DNA of 64,000 nucleotides from Octopus vulgaris (lineage: Eukaryota). Positions within the stretch are counted from its first letter, which is position 1. The number at the start of each line of letters is the position of its first letter. The notes beneath the pieces are model-generated. The model saw nothing but the letters and a program-made list of their open reading frames with translations, did not search any database and was not told the DNA's origin. This document shows, piece by piece, positions 23,849 to 37,125 of the stretch. The DNA lies in contig OX597820.1 of the NCBI GenBank assembly GCA_951406725.2, positions 57,908,001 through 57,972,000 of the forward strand. Reading direction: 5' to 3'. The translations under genes and the position numbers were made by a program.

Positions 23849-23910
23849 ATCCCCGTCACCAACACCGCTTGGCAAATCGCGCTGCTTTGTTTGCGATCCC
23901 GTAACTTAGC
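23423..23910 (+). mobile_element. SINE family A with expanded internal (CCTA)n/(CATA)n/(TG)n
   Basis: Head tcgggttcagtttcactgcgcggcactttggc, then microsatellites, then cccgtaacttagc. Confidence 0.75.
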
Positions 23911-23915
23911 ACAAC

Positions 23916-24240
23916 AAAGGGAAAACTTAAACGAAAACTGGGCGAAAATATAACGGACAGAAAAAGGAGATAAACACACAATACAAGGAACATTCGCAGC
24001 GGATGTTTCTCATCAGTTGGTTTCCGAGACGTCATCGTGGTTTCGCGTGCTTAAAAATCAAGACTACTGTTACCACGGAGGCGCCAGCGCATTAAGCTTT
24101 ATGAAAAAACTAACGAATGTATACGAGGACAGAACAAAATAGCATGGCGTACAACAAGAAAATAATGTCAAAGATACAACTGACAAGAAATGGTACTATT
24201 ACAATAGAAAATGCCTTTCGACTATACAGTTGCAAAAAGA
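23916..24240 (-). mobile_element. Third diverged element with the permuted hammerhead-like motif
   Basis: 24010-24078(-): gtag TC ttgattt..gcacgc GAAA ccac..aaaccaa CTGATGA. Confidence 0.55.
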
Positions 24241-24354
24241 ATAATTATACACTAACAGAAACTAACTGAAACTAACAGAAAGGGTCTTTCGGCTATCAAC
24301 AGACATTAGTGAGGTAGTGCAATGAAAAACTGGAAAGACATCTTTTGAGTGTGC

Positions 24355-24428
<74 letters not shown>

Positions 24429-25137
24429 ATATATATATATATACACACACACTAATATAAATGTGTGTGTATGTGTGTATGTGCCCGTGTGTTTCCTTCG
24501 CTTGACAACGGTTTTCGTTTGTTTATGTCATCCTAACTTAGCGGTTCGGCAAAACATAGCGGTCGAATAAGCACGTGACTCAAAAAATAATACTAGGGGC
24601 GATTTGTTCGACTAAATCCTTCAAGATGGTGCTCCAGTATGACCGCAATCCACTGACCTAAACAAGTAAAAGGTAAAAGCTTAGGGTCCTAAGAAAATAA
24701 ATCTAGCTAAAAGTGTACGAATAATGTTGAGAGAAATATTTTTCTACGAGAATCGTGGAATCCCAAAATTTCCTTGCTCCGCAGGGAGAGGGATTTCTTC
24801 CATATTAAGAATTACAGATATAGAGGTACCGGAAGTATGAAGCCTATAAAGGAGTGTTTACATATATCCAAATATCTATCATGAACGGGTAGTATGGAGA
24901 TGCTTCAAAAATCTGATCCGGTCAGAATGGATATTGAGTTGTATTTAAAGCCATCAGCTGACCAGCACACATTCACATGGAGATGTCGTTAGAGTTGGTT
25001 ACACTGTTTGGATACACACAAGGTTTCCGTTTAGGATTTTATTTACAACTATTTCAGAGTTACCCTTCTACAAATGTTGTGTATCAGCCTTGCCTTCCCC
25101 ACACCCACTATCCTCCCACACATAAACACACACTCTT

Positions 25138-25177
<40 letters not shown>

Positions 25178-25861
25178 CCATTCCTCTTTTCTGTTATATC
25201 TCACCATAACATTTTATTCTTTTTTCTTAATGTATTCTATGCCTTCCACTCATTATTCTTTCTCTGCCTTCTCTCCCTTCGCATCTAAATTGTTTTTCTC
25301 TGTATCTATTGTCCCTCTCGATATATATAAATCAATTACCTTCATTTCTGTATCAATTCCTGTTTCTCTTTCTTTATATTCTAACTTTAACATGCACTTT
25401 CTTCCCCATCTATTGCACTTTCTTCTTCACACTATAGCTATTTCTATATGTCTCTATCAGTGTATCATTTTTCTTTTCTTTCCCTCGCTCTATTTCATCA
25501 CTCGAACGGAGACAGACAGAGTGAGATGAATCTCACTCTGTCTGTCTCCGTTTTTGTCTTACTTTTTCCAATTTTCTCTCTCTCATTTCTTTCCCAGATG
25601 TCTTTCCGCCATTTTTATTGTATTACTACCCATGTCTTACATTCTTTTCTGCGTTAACAATGGAGTAGGTGACTCAGTAAAATGCTGAACACAATAGCGT
25701 GTGATATTTTATATGCCTTTACGTTCGGACTTAATTTCTTATCACTGTTAACTGTGTCCTTCATCCTTCCGGAGATGGGATTATAAAGTAAATGTTGTCT
25801 CTCAACACATCACTATCAGAAAACCTTTATAAATACCCTTTTAATAGTATGAAGATCAGTA

Positions 25862-26080
25862 AGGCGGCGAGCTGGTACTATCGGTAGTACACCGGACAAA
25901 ATGCTTAGCGGCATTTGGTCCGTCTTTTCGTTCTCAGTTCAAATTTCCACCATTGTCAACTTTGCCTTTCATCCTTTCGGAGTCGATAAAATATGTACCA
26001 TTTGAGCAATGAGGTCGACACAATCGACTGCCCCTATCCCCCGATTTTGCTGGCCATGTTCCAAAATGTGAAACTAATAT
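25862..26080 (+). mobile_element. SINE family B
   Basis: aggcggcgagctgg...cagttcaaatt...ctttgcctttcatcctttcggagtcgataaaat. Confidence 0.85.
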
Positions 26081-26318
26081 TTAAGAAGAGCAGAGAACAA
26101 CAGAGTCAGTACAGTGGCGGAGAAAATATACGATAGCACCTATGTTATGTCTCCTTACATTCAGGATTCCTTTTTACTAAAGTTGACAAAGGATTTCTTA
26201 GTACCTTGTGCGATCGAATGAGTGAGCACTACTTAAGAACTACGATTTAATAGACTGTTCCTACCACCAAGATGTGTAGCCAATTGCTTTATGTTACAAT
26301 TCGTATTCCTTCTTCCGT

Positions 26319-26700
26319 GGAGACGCAATGGTCCAGGGGTTAGTGCAGCGAACTCCCGGTCGTCGGATAGCAGTTTCGATTCCCAGACCGGGCGTTGTGA
26401 GTGTTTATTGAGCGAAAACACCTAAAGCTCCACAAGGCTCCGGCTGTGGGTCGTGATGAACCCTGCTGTACTCTTTCACTACAGCTTTCTCTCACTCTTT
26501 CTTCCTGTTTCTGTTGTACCTGTATTTCAAAGGGCCAGCCTTGTTATATACTCTGTCACGCTGAATCACCCCGAGAACTACGTTAAAGGTACACGTGTCT
26601 GTGGAGCGCTCAGCCACTTGCACGTTAATTTTACGAGAACGCTGGTCCGTTGATCGGATCAACTGGAATCCTCGTCGTCGCAACCGACGGAGTGCCACGA
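26319..26700 (+). mobile_element. tRNA-derived SINE (family C-related)
   Basis: Head ggagacgcaatggtccaggggttag...ttcgattccc; 3' end cgtcgtcgcaaccgacggag is also seen at ~6790-6815. Confidence 0.7.
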
Positions 26701-27949
26701 CGATTACTTCTTCCACCAATTTCTTTAATCCCTCCTCTCTCCCTCCCAAACTTTTCCTATCTATCTCTCTCTAGCTCGCTCTTTCTATTTCTTCCTCTCT
26801 ATTTCTCCTAACCTTTCCTTTCTTTTTACTCCCCCATTCTACTCTTCCTCTATCCACTCTTCCATGTCTCGCCAGTACTGCAATGATGAAAACCAATACT
26901 ACAAGTCGGATGTCAAAGAGTTTCTTTCTCTGCGTTTTCTCATGGTTATCTTGACAGTGATTGATTCGTAATCCTTATATCCTCACCCATAACATTCAAT
27001 CACACTCTGCCCCTCCTATTACAACCCCTTTGCCATTTTCCTCTAAACTTCATATTTGAGTTAATGACGGAGCCTCTACGTGGTCGCTTGATCTGCATAA
27101 ACCAAACATCCCTCAATTTATACCTCCCACCGTCTCAGAAAAGGATACAGTGCATAATATGATCCAGGATTCCCTGCACTTGGAGTAAAGACATCGTGAT
27201 CAGGGCTAGAATTAATTTAAATATGGATTCACCAATGACCAAACAACAACAACTCTTCTTATTTTTCCTTGTTTTCCATCTTAGCAATTCCTTAGATATC
27301 TAAGCGACCTTATTCTGTCAGTAATTCTCGTTTACACTCTCTCCTTCTCTCTTCTCCAATTTCTCATACATTGGACTGCAGCCAAGCTTAGTAGTCGCTT
27401 CAAAGACGTTAGTCGATTATATCTACTCCCGATGTTTTGTAACTCATTTAGCTACCTCGACGGATATGAAAGTGTGACGTCAAATATTTGTAAAGGAACA
27501 AGCCTAGGCGAGTTTAAATAATACTAGATACTCTTGATGCATTTGATTTCCATTTGTACAGTTTGAGTGAATTCGCTTAATGGAATATATGTGGAAGTCC
27601 GTCCTACATATATATATGCGCATGCATACATAGATACAAACACATGCACAAGCGCGCGCATGCAGGAACACACACACTGTCTTCCAAATTTGATTAAAAT
27701 AACTTAGGTTGTTCCAGATTTCTGCAAGAAACGCTTGTCTTACTTACTACAAGATAGGATTGAACCTGTAATCACGTGTTTGCGAAGCGATGCTTTTAAC
27801 CTGTACACATGCAGGCATAACTAAGCGCGAATAAATCGTCTTTTTAACGGTGGAACTCGAAATAGAGCGTGGTGGATTTTGAAAATTTATAGCATATTGA
27901 CTCGAGGCATGTTTATCATCGCCTCGTGGATATATGTTAGTCCTTGGCT

Positions 27950-28030
27950 TTTCTGCTGACAAGGCAACGCCAGTGGTAAATAAATTAATTTATTTACAAA
28001 AGATTGCCGAAACTATGCATAGTCCAGAAA
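27950..28030 (+). ncRNA. Hammerhead ribozyme motif with one core substitution
   Basis: tttctg CTGACAA ggcaa..gtaaataaat/atttatttac..ttgcc GAAA ctatgcatag TC cagaaa. Confidence 0.8.
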
Positions 28031-28187
28031 GGAGAGGGTAAACGTTTTTATTTCTCTTTCCATTTCAGAATTACAACTATTAGTGTTTTGGAGTTTGGCT
28101 GCTCTTTCTAGTGAGTCGGATGTCCTATTATGGCCATCCCTTATATGTTTGAATGTATATATATATATATATATATATACTGAGAGA

Positions 28188-28525
28188 GAGGCGTGGCTGT
28201 GTGTTAAGAAGCTTGTCTCCCAACCAGATGGTTCCGGATTCAGTTTCAGTGAATGGCACCTGGGGTAAGTGTCTTCTGCTATAGCCTCGGGTCAGCCAAA
28301 ACCTTGCAATTGGATTTGGTAGATGGAAACTGAAAGAAGCACGTTGTATATATTATTTATATTTTTATGTGTTCGTATTTGTGTTTGTCCCTCTACCATT
28401 GCTTGACAACCGATCTTGGTGTGTTTACCAGGCTTACAAAGAATAAGTTCGGTGGTCGATTTCTTCAACTAAAAGATGGTGTTCCAGTGTGTCCACAGTC
28501 AAAATGGTTGAAAAAAATAAAAGAA
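28188..28525 (+). mobile_element. SINE family A (internally deleted)
   Basis: ggcgtggctgtgtgttaagaagcttg...gatttggtagatggaaactgaaagaagc. Confidence 0.8.
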
Positions 28526-28539
28526 TATATATCCAGATA

Positions 28540-28735
28540 CGTTATTTTCTCTCTTTTTCCCCTTTCTCTATGTTTTCTTTCTTCAATGCTGTCTGAAGAA
28601 GAGCGTAGGCTCGAAACATCAAAGACTTCTTCCATTTTTCCTGATCGTCAAAGTAATACACCTTGTTTGTTGTTCCTTCATCTGCCTCAGTTTTTTCGCT
28701 TTTTTTTGCTGTTTTTGTACAGTTTTGAACCATAC
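28540..28735 (+). mobile_element. Penelope-like pLTR fragment with a minimal HHR variant (relatives at 41870-42060, 43545-43720, 48108-48200, all -)
   Basis: CTGAAGA-A-gagc gtag gctc-GAAA-ca-TC at 28593-28620; shared downstream ctaataca/taacact block. Confidence 0.6.
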
Positions 28736-28850
28736 ATATGTATACACATACACATACACTTATATACACATATAACACACGTACATTCATAGTCACATAG
28801 CTATTTGTGTATATCTGTATTTGTCTCTGTGTGTTTGTGTGTGTGTGCGC

Positions 28851-28893
<43 letters not shown>

Positions 28894-29149
28894 TGAGTGA
28901 GTGCATACCCAACAGTTAAATATAAAACATCAGCAAAATTCATGATTTCTTTACCAAATTCACCTGCTATAATGAAATATTTTTCTAAATTATATTTTAT
29001 GCTAATTCATTAACAACATTAAAAATCCAATGTTCTAATTTAATTATGTAATTTTTAAAAACTATTTCAATCATTCTGTCTGGAGAATTTTTTTTTTATT
29101 TTTTACAATGACGTCTATAATTGGTACCATTCAGACAAAATTTCAGTTA

Positions 29150-29550
29150 TCTTCTGTCTTTCATTTGTTTCACTCATTTGAACTGCAACCATGGTGGTAC
29201 ACCACCTCCATGCGCTGTTGTCGAACAAATTGGCCTCAATACTTATTTTTAAAGTTTGTTACTTAATTCTACTGGGTCCCTTTTACCGAACCGCTAAGTT
29301 TCAGGAGTGCATGCGAACCATCACCAGTTGTCAAACGGTGTGAACAAACACAATCACTAAGAAATACACACGTGTGTGTGTGTATGTGTGTGTGTGTGTG
29401 TGTGTACGACGGATTTCCACACAGATTCTGAATACCGAAGGCATTGGTCTTCCCGCTGCTATAGTAGAAGACACCTGCCGAGATGCCGCACTGTGGAAAT
29501 GAACCCGAAACTATATAGTTGCAAAGCGAGTTTCTTAACCACACAGCCTG
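29150..29550 (-). mobile_element. SINE family A
   Basis: ccgaaccgctaagtt...tatagtagaagacac...accacacagcc. Confidence 0.8.
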
Positions 29551-29786
29551 TATATAAAATTTCCTACATTCAGTGTTTAGCTCAAAACGCAAATTTAAAT
29601 TATTTTGGACAAAATTTTAACTTAATAAAACCGATCGAGAAAGTACACCATCGTATTGCTAGTATGTATCTCTGGAACGATGAGCGATTGTGTAAATGCA
29701 ATATGGCGATTATATAAAATTTCTTTCCTGTTGATAGCAGTTTAAACAGATCTACGTTATTCAAGTTGTGTTTACGGTCTGATTCT

Positions 29787-30006
29787 TATTTCTTTATTGC
29801 CCACATAGAGGCGACGAACAAGGACAGACAAATGGATTAAGTCGATTATATCGACTCCAGTACGTAGCTGGTACTTACTAAATCGACCCCAAAATGATGA
29901 AAGGTAAAGTCGACCTCGGCGGAATTTGAACTCACAACGTAACGGCTGACGAAATACCGCTAAGCATTTCGCCCGACGTGCTAACGTTTCTGCCAGCTCT
30001 CCGCCT
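29787..30006 (-). mobile_element. SINE family B
   Basis: gtcgacctcggcggaatttgaactc...gctaacgtttctgccagct. Confidence 0.88.
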
Positions 30007-30054
30007 ATATACCATTATACCAGCGTCTCTAAAACTTTTCGTCAGTAATCTTTT

Positions 30055-30438
30055 TATCTTTTACATTTCACCTGTTGTAGTCATCGATTACGGCCATGCT
30101 AGGGCATCGCCTTGGAAGATTTAGCTGAACAAATCAACACCAGTGCTTATTTTGTTAAAGTCTGGTACTGATTCTAGCGGACGTTTTTGCCGAGCCGCTT
30201 AGTACGGGGACGTAAACGAACCACCATCGGTTGTTAATGGTGAAGTCAAATACAAGCATAAAAATACTCATATACATATAAGGTGAGCTTCTAGACAATT
30301 TCCATCTACCAAATTCTCTCACAAGAGTAGATTTGATAAAGCTAAAGCAGACATTTGCCCAAGTGACGTACACAATGAATGAACCCAAAACCATATTGCC
30401 GCAAGGCGAGTTTTTAATCACACGGCGATGCCTGCGCC
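30055..30438 (-). mobile_element. SINE family A (degenerate)
   Basis: cggccatgct...gccgagccgcttag...tttccatctaccaaattc...cctgcgcc. Confidence 0.75.
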
Positions 30439-32199
30439 TATGGCCTTCTTTTGTTTTTTCTGGATCTAGTAGTAGTTCTTGTAACTTTTGTTGTTGTAGT
30501 TGCTGCTGCTCGTAAACAACCTGTTTTGTTTGAAATCACTTTGTTTTTCAAGAACATTGTATCTGGGATTAGATTACTTAATTTGGTTTTCTTTTTAAGA
30601 CAGAAGGGTCTGATGTAAGAGAGACTTATTATTTCTACCAGGTCGAAATACTAGGCAAAAGATACACCTAGTTCTTATGACTAGATATATCCCTTCTTGA
30701 TTTGGATGGAATATTCTTTGTGTGGGAAGGGAAGATCTGATTTTCAATTTGTCTTGTGGTCCTAAATGTATGACGTTCATGATGAAATGAAAACAAAAAC
30801 TTTACTATTGAAGTATCAAATGGTTACTCTTACACCCTTTAATGAGGACTATCAAGCTTAAAATAAATTAAAAGCGTTATACTCTCAAATTTCCTTTATA
30901 GAAAACCACGATTAAAAACAAAAAACAAGGACTTTCCGCGAAAAAGTATTTATGCGTGAAATCTTATTAAAAATCAAATCGACAGAATTAGACTGGGAGA
31001 AGGAAAATAACAAAATATGGAATATAAATATAAAAAAGACAAAATATAAGAAAATAAATGAAGTTTTTGTGAAAGAAAGAAAGTATTCAACGGGAAATAC
31101 CAAGTTCGTGTCTAAATGAAAAGAAGCGGATGCATCAAGTGAATTATGTGTTCTGACTGCAGAGTGGCTCAGACATCATCGCGGATCAAAACCAAAGGAT
31201 TATCGAAATTCAGGGAGAAGGAAGGGAGGGCACGACATGTTGTTGGGGTCATCGAGTATTACTAAGTGTGAGGTCAGTAAAGAATTATTTAACTTTATTT
31301 ATTTATTGGTCTGAAAAGGAAATCCAGTCTTTATTCATGCACTCACGTTTGCTTACACGCCATCGCGTCTCACACTTCAGACCACCCACACATTTTTATA
31401 CACGAGAAAATTTTACCCAATGATTTTTACCGAGAGTTGCATTCCTCCCTGCCCATGTGTTCCTGTGAACAGCTAATCAACAACGAATCAAAATAGCATT
31501 AACTGCACTTGTCTCACCCTAAAAGCTTGATAACTCAATCTAGAAGGGATTAAGTAAGGCCGTAAGGCACTCGCTGTCCCACTTAACTGCAAACTTGGTA
31601 GGAAATAAATAACAAAATAGTAGTTTTAAAAAATGTCTGGGTTCTAAAATCGATTCGTGCAAACAATCAGACACTTATAGTTAATGCTATATAATTCTAA
31701 TGCATGCACAGATTTACACATATACATACACACACGTGCATGCATAAGTGCGTGTGTATGTTTATGTGCATGTGAACTCCATAGATGAATGCATATACAA
31801 ATATAAACGTTTTCTAAAACGCATTTGAAACTATTTAAAATTACTTCATGTAAGAAATGCTACGCTAAGATATATATGTGAACGAACGCATGTGAGTGAG
31901 TGAGTAAGTGAGTGGGTGAGTGAGTGAGCGAGTGAGTGAGTGAGTGAGTGAGTGAGTGAGTGAGTGAGTGAGTGGGTGAGTGTGAGCTTGTGTGTGTGCG
32001 TAAATGTGTGCGCGCACACGTGTTTCTCCATACAACATATGCATGAATACAAACATGGGATATTCAGGCTAAATTTGACGAATTTTTACGTCTTCTTTTT
32101 TCAAGAACAGCTTGATGTATTGGTAACGGCGTTAGAGAGCATTAAGATTAAAATTTTAGTTGAGAAAGGCTGATATGGAAGACTGGAAGCTCTCTAGAT

Positions 32200-32582
32200 A
32201 ATGTGAAAGAGTTATCTGCATCACGACGATTCGCGCCGGGTATCAAAATGCAGATACAACTACTCTTCAATGCTCTGAGAGCACTATAGAGGCTGCAAGA
32301 TCTCACATGGGCATTATGAAAAACCAAGTTGCCCCAAAGTATGATGGTCTTTCGATGTGTCTCCAGTGACGGTGAAGACATACCACCCCCACATCTTAGG
32401 CTCAATTTAGACGGTTAGATGAAGCTGCCAGAGACTGTAGTTAATCCCTGGATGGAGAGGGTTGCTGCTGAAAGGCCATATGTGTGGAGACAGGATTCAG
32501 CTTGTTGTCATACCTCCCTATTCTGGCTCCCTAATTCGCTGATTGAAATCTGGTAGATTACTGCGCGTGGGGCACGGTTGAG
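32200..32582 (+). pseudogene. maT/DD37D-like (Tc1/mariner superfamily) transposase relic
   Basis: Manual translation gives MMVFRCVSSDGEDIPPPH, VVNPWMERVAAERPYVWRQDSACCHTS, FWLPNS and DYCAWGTVE. Confidence 0.75.
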
Positions 32583-32846
32583 TGAGTCACTACCGCTCTG
32601 CTTGCAACACCTCCGACTCGGTTCGGTTACGTGATGTTGATAAACCACGAAAACAGCAAAACATCGATATTCATCACCTTTGAATCGATTTTGGTATGGG
32701 TTGTCTCGCTTCTCCACGACTTTCAGGCGTTTTAATACCACGCCAATCGCAGCCTGCCAGCAAATACATGCGGCGTATGCATTGAGTATGAGTGGTCAAT
32801 AATGTTATCACACTAGTGCTGCTTCTATTACACACACATACACACA

Positions 32847-32960
<114 letters not shown>

Positions 32961-33870
32961 CACACACACACACACAGATATACAAGAGTAAGTTCCATGG
33001 ATATACACACACACACACACACACATGCTCGATGGACGTCATTCAGTTTACGTCTACCAAATCCACTCACAAGGCTTTGGTTAGTCCAAGGCTATAATAG
33101 AGAGACATTCGCCCAATGTTCCACGCAGTGAGACTGAACCCGAAAACATGGGATGAGAGGGAAACTTCTCACCATACAGCCACGCCTATAATTTAGGCTT
33201 TTAATATTCAAAAATATCTTCAGTTTTTATTGTATTTGCAAATCATCTATTAATATTTGTGGTCGATATGTTGTTTTGACATTACGTGTAGTGTTAATGA
33301 TTATCAATCTGTCGGCTGCAATATTTTGTGATGTATTTAATTTTGCAGCAAGGAGGCGTTGAAAAAGCGTTAAGTTTTTTGTAAAACAAAGAAATCGATA
33401 CTTAAAAAAGTTTGGAAGCATTGCTTTGTTTGTTTATAATGTTACAGTAATCAATGAGCATGATTAGATTCAAATCAGAACTGCTCCAGGGCCTATCTCA
33501 CTCAGGTAGCGACAAAATATTTCTGCAAATATAACTCTTAATCTAATATTATTCGTGACTTAAATTTGCATAAATTCAAAGAATTTTGAATAATGTTTGT
33601 CACACTATATAACAATCAGCAACGGAAAAATTATAGATATACCGATATAGCTATGACGTTAAGAATAGCACATTAATAAGTATGAATGATAATTAGTAGT
33701 AACGTTACAGAAAAACAAATTATGGGCAAGGTAAGGACTCCCTCAAAATGGAGGACAAATTTACAGGGTGATTCAAATATTCCCTACAACCAAAATAGTA
33801 ACAACATAATATTAACGTATATCGAAACTCTCCAACATCACTTTTGACTGCAAATTATTTCTCACCTTGT

Positions 33871-34192
33871 GGGCGCAAGCATGGCGATGTGGCAAAAAAC
33901 TTGCTTCCCAACCACATGGTTCGAGGTTCAGTCCCACTGCGTGGCACCCGTCGTATATATATATGTATATATCTATGTGTGTGTCTTTGTGTTTGTCCCC
34001 CACCAGCACTTGACAACTGTGCTGCTGCGTTTACATCCCCGTAAACTTAGCGGTCGGCAAAAGTGAATGTTAGAATAAGTATCAAGCTTTAAAAACATAA
34101 GTACTGGAGTCAATAAATTCGACTGAAAATTCTTCCGTTGGTGCCCCAGTACAGCCGCAGTCTAATGACTGAAATAAGTGGAAGATAAAAGA
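33871..34192 (+). mobile_element. SINE family A
   Basis: ccaaccacatggttcgaggttcagtcccactgcgtggcacc...ccccgtaaacttagcgg. Confidence 0.85.
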
Positions 34193-34584
34193 TTACTAAG
34201 GAAAAAATGGACTAGGATTAGTTTAAAACAAACTGGATTTCTAAAAGCCTAGCATTTAGATGCGTGGAAAGGAAAGCATCATATACATTGGTAACTGCCA
34301 GTTTTTCGTAACTAAACTCTATTTATTCGTACGAAGAGATAAATCATTTCTACAATAGTCACAAGGACTGAAATTTTGAGGGAGGAGTTAATCGATAATA
34401 CCAACTCCGAAAAGATGGAAGGCAAAGTCTACCTTGGTGGCATTTCAACTGAAAGCGAAAAAGAACGACGAAAAGCTGCTAAGTATTTCGTCCGATTCAT
34501 ACATAAAGACAGATAGACAGACAAACACTCACACACACGCGCGCGTGCCCGCACACACACACACATACGCCCACGCACACATAT

Positions 34585-34997
34585 ACTCTTTCATTCTTTT
34601 ATTATTTTATTTGTTTCAGCGACCATTCTTGAACACCGCACAAATCGACCCCAGGACTTATTCTCTGTAAGCCTAGTACTTATTCTAACCGTCTCTTTTG
34701 CAGAACCGCTAAATTACGGGGACGTAAACACACCAACATCAGTTGCCAAGCCATGGTGAGGGAACAAGCACATAACACAAACACACACACACGCACACAC
34801 ACACACATATATATATGTATGTATGTATATTACAACGGGCTTCTTTCAGTTTCCGTCTACCAAATCCATTTCACAAGCCTTTAGTCGGCCCGAGGCTATA
34901 GTAGAAGACACTTTTCGTAGGCGCCATGCTGTAGGATTGAACCCGGGACGATGTGGCTAGTAAGCAAACTACTTACCACACAGCCAATCCTGCGCCT
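34585..34997 (-). mobile_element. SINE family A
   Basis: cgaccccaggacttattct...ttccgtctaccaaatcc...cttaccacacagcc. Confidence 0.85.
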
Positions 34998-35455
34998 AGT
35001 GTGTGTGTGAGAGAGTGAGAGAGAAAGAGGGGTGTTATGTGTACATAACTGTGTTTATGTTCACCTGTGTTTATATGTACATATTTAATTAAAATTTCAT
35101 GGTTGTCTTCACCTGACTATTTTTTGTTAGCAGAATTAGTCAGAAGGAAATAATTGTTTCATCACTAAGAGAGTTATTTTAATTAAAAACCATTTCTAAC
35201 CATCTTAGATTAAAAATGGCACAGCACACTTTTAGGTTAAGGTTTCATGTAGCTGAAGGGAGTTCGCTTCTATATAGTTTCGTTCTACCAGATTTCTTTT
35301 CGAAGGAAGTGATCATAGCGGAAGACACATGCACAAAGTGCCACGCTGTAAGATCAAACCCTACTTGCGAGATATTTTAAGCTGACGTATTTACCCAAAC
35401 ATGCCTGCATTTCTCTCTCTCTCTCTCCCTCCCTCTCTTCCTCTTTCTCTCTCTT

Positions 35456-35505
<50 letters not shown>

Positions 35506-35650
35506 CACACACACACACACACACATATACTCACACAAATACACACAGACAAGCATGCATCAAAAACAGACAATGCGAATGTGTGAAATTAAAAATATAA
35601 AATGGCAACAATTTACCAATCGTACACTGAATATATATATATATATATTC

Positions 35651-37125
35651 TATCAGGTCATTAAGTCATTAAGAATGAAATGTCCGTTTTTCAACTTTAT
35701 TTTACTTTACTTTATCTTTAGTTTACTTTATCTCAACAAAAAGCAATGCAGTTAAAGTATACACAAAAATTATCAACACAATTTTTCAATTTTATCAGTA
35801 GCTTATTTATGCCGGCTGCGAAGAATTCTGGAGAGCAAGAGGTGATGAAATCACAAAAGACTGTTTTTGCATCTTCTTCAGATTTGAAGTTTTTCATTGC
35901 AAAATGGTGTCTAATGCCTTGAAAACGTGATAATCCGTTGGTGCAAGGTCTGGTGAATATGGTGGATGACAGAGTACTTCCAAGTTCAATTCCTGTAACT
36001 TGAGTAGCGTTCTTTGTGCAACATGTGGTCGAGCATTGTCTTGCAAGAGAATTGGCCTGTCTCTATTGACCAATTTCGGTTGTTTAATTACAAGTTCACT
36101 CATCATTTCATCCAGTTGGCTGATGTATGAATCCGCTGTAATTGACTTACAGGGTCTCATGAAGCTGTAGTGGGTGACACCAGCGCCGAACCACCAAACA
36201 GACATCATTAGCTTTTTTCGGCGAATATTCTTCTTTGGGTTGTGGTTTAGTACTTCGTCGCTGTCCAACCACCATGCAGAATGCTTGCTATTTGTTCAAA
36301 ATAAACCATTTTTCATCACACGTTACAATACGATGCAAAAATTGTTCGCTTTTATGCCGTGACAGCAAAGAACAGCAAGTTTCAAGACATCGTGTCATTT
36401 GATGCGCGTTCCGTTCGCGTAGTACCCACTTGCCCAGCTTCTTTACCTTGTCGATTTGTTTCAGATGGTCCAATAGAGTTGGAATCGAAATATCAAACCT
36501 TGCTGCTAACTCACGTGTAGTTTGAGATGTATCCGCTTCCACTACAGTTTCCAGCTCATCATTATCCACCTTGGTCTCAGGTCTACCACGGGGCTGATTT
36601 TCAAGAGTAAAGTCACAAGACCGGAACTTCTCAAACCATCGACGCACAGTGCACTCATTCGTCACATCTTCACGAAACACCTCATTGATGTTCCTGGGAT
36701 GCATTAGTTCATGACGGAACTCATATTCATAAACAAGACGAAATTTTTTTATCTATGCATGGGTTCACAAAAATTGATCTACAAGAGAAAACCCACAATA
36801 TAATCAGACACCATGAATTGCATTACGAAAAGTGGTGATATAACTTTTCAATGTTGTCAAACAAAGAATTGTCAGGATAAAACATTAGAGTTAACGACTG
36901 TCAAACTTGGTGCATAAGAAAATCGGACATTCATACATATCGTATAATTGATCTACAAGAGAAAACCCACAATATAATTAGACACCATGAATTGCATTAC
37001 GAAAAGTGGTGATATAACTTTTCAATGTTGTAAAACGCAGAATTGTCAGGATAAAACATTAGAGTTAACGACTGTCAAACTTGGTGCATAAGAAAATCGG
37101 ACATTTCATACTTAGTGACCTGATA
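35651..37125 (-). mobile_element. Near-full-length mariner (DD34D, cecropia/Hsmar1-like) element
   Basis: TIRs TATCAGGTCA(T/C)TAAG..ATGAAATGTCCG at 35651-35690 and 37093-37125 with TA ends; 174-bp-period duplication in the 5' UTR. Confidence 0.93.
35760..36760 (-). pseudogene. Mariner transposase pseudogene (frameshifts/stops)
   Basis: ORFs 36288-36704 (HTH region, WVLRE, IVTCDEKW) and 35894-36268 (LLQDNARPH...HPPYSPDLAPTDYH, with 34 residues between the last two Asp). Confidence 0.93.

Noticed and set aside
24270-24320. Possible hammerhead on - strand (ctaatg..tagcc GAAA gaccc)
   Set aside because: Core and stem I too degenerate to support
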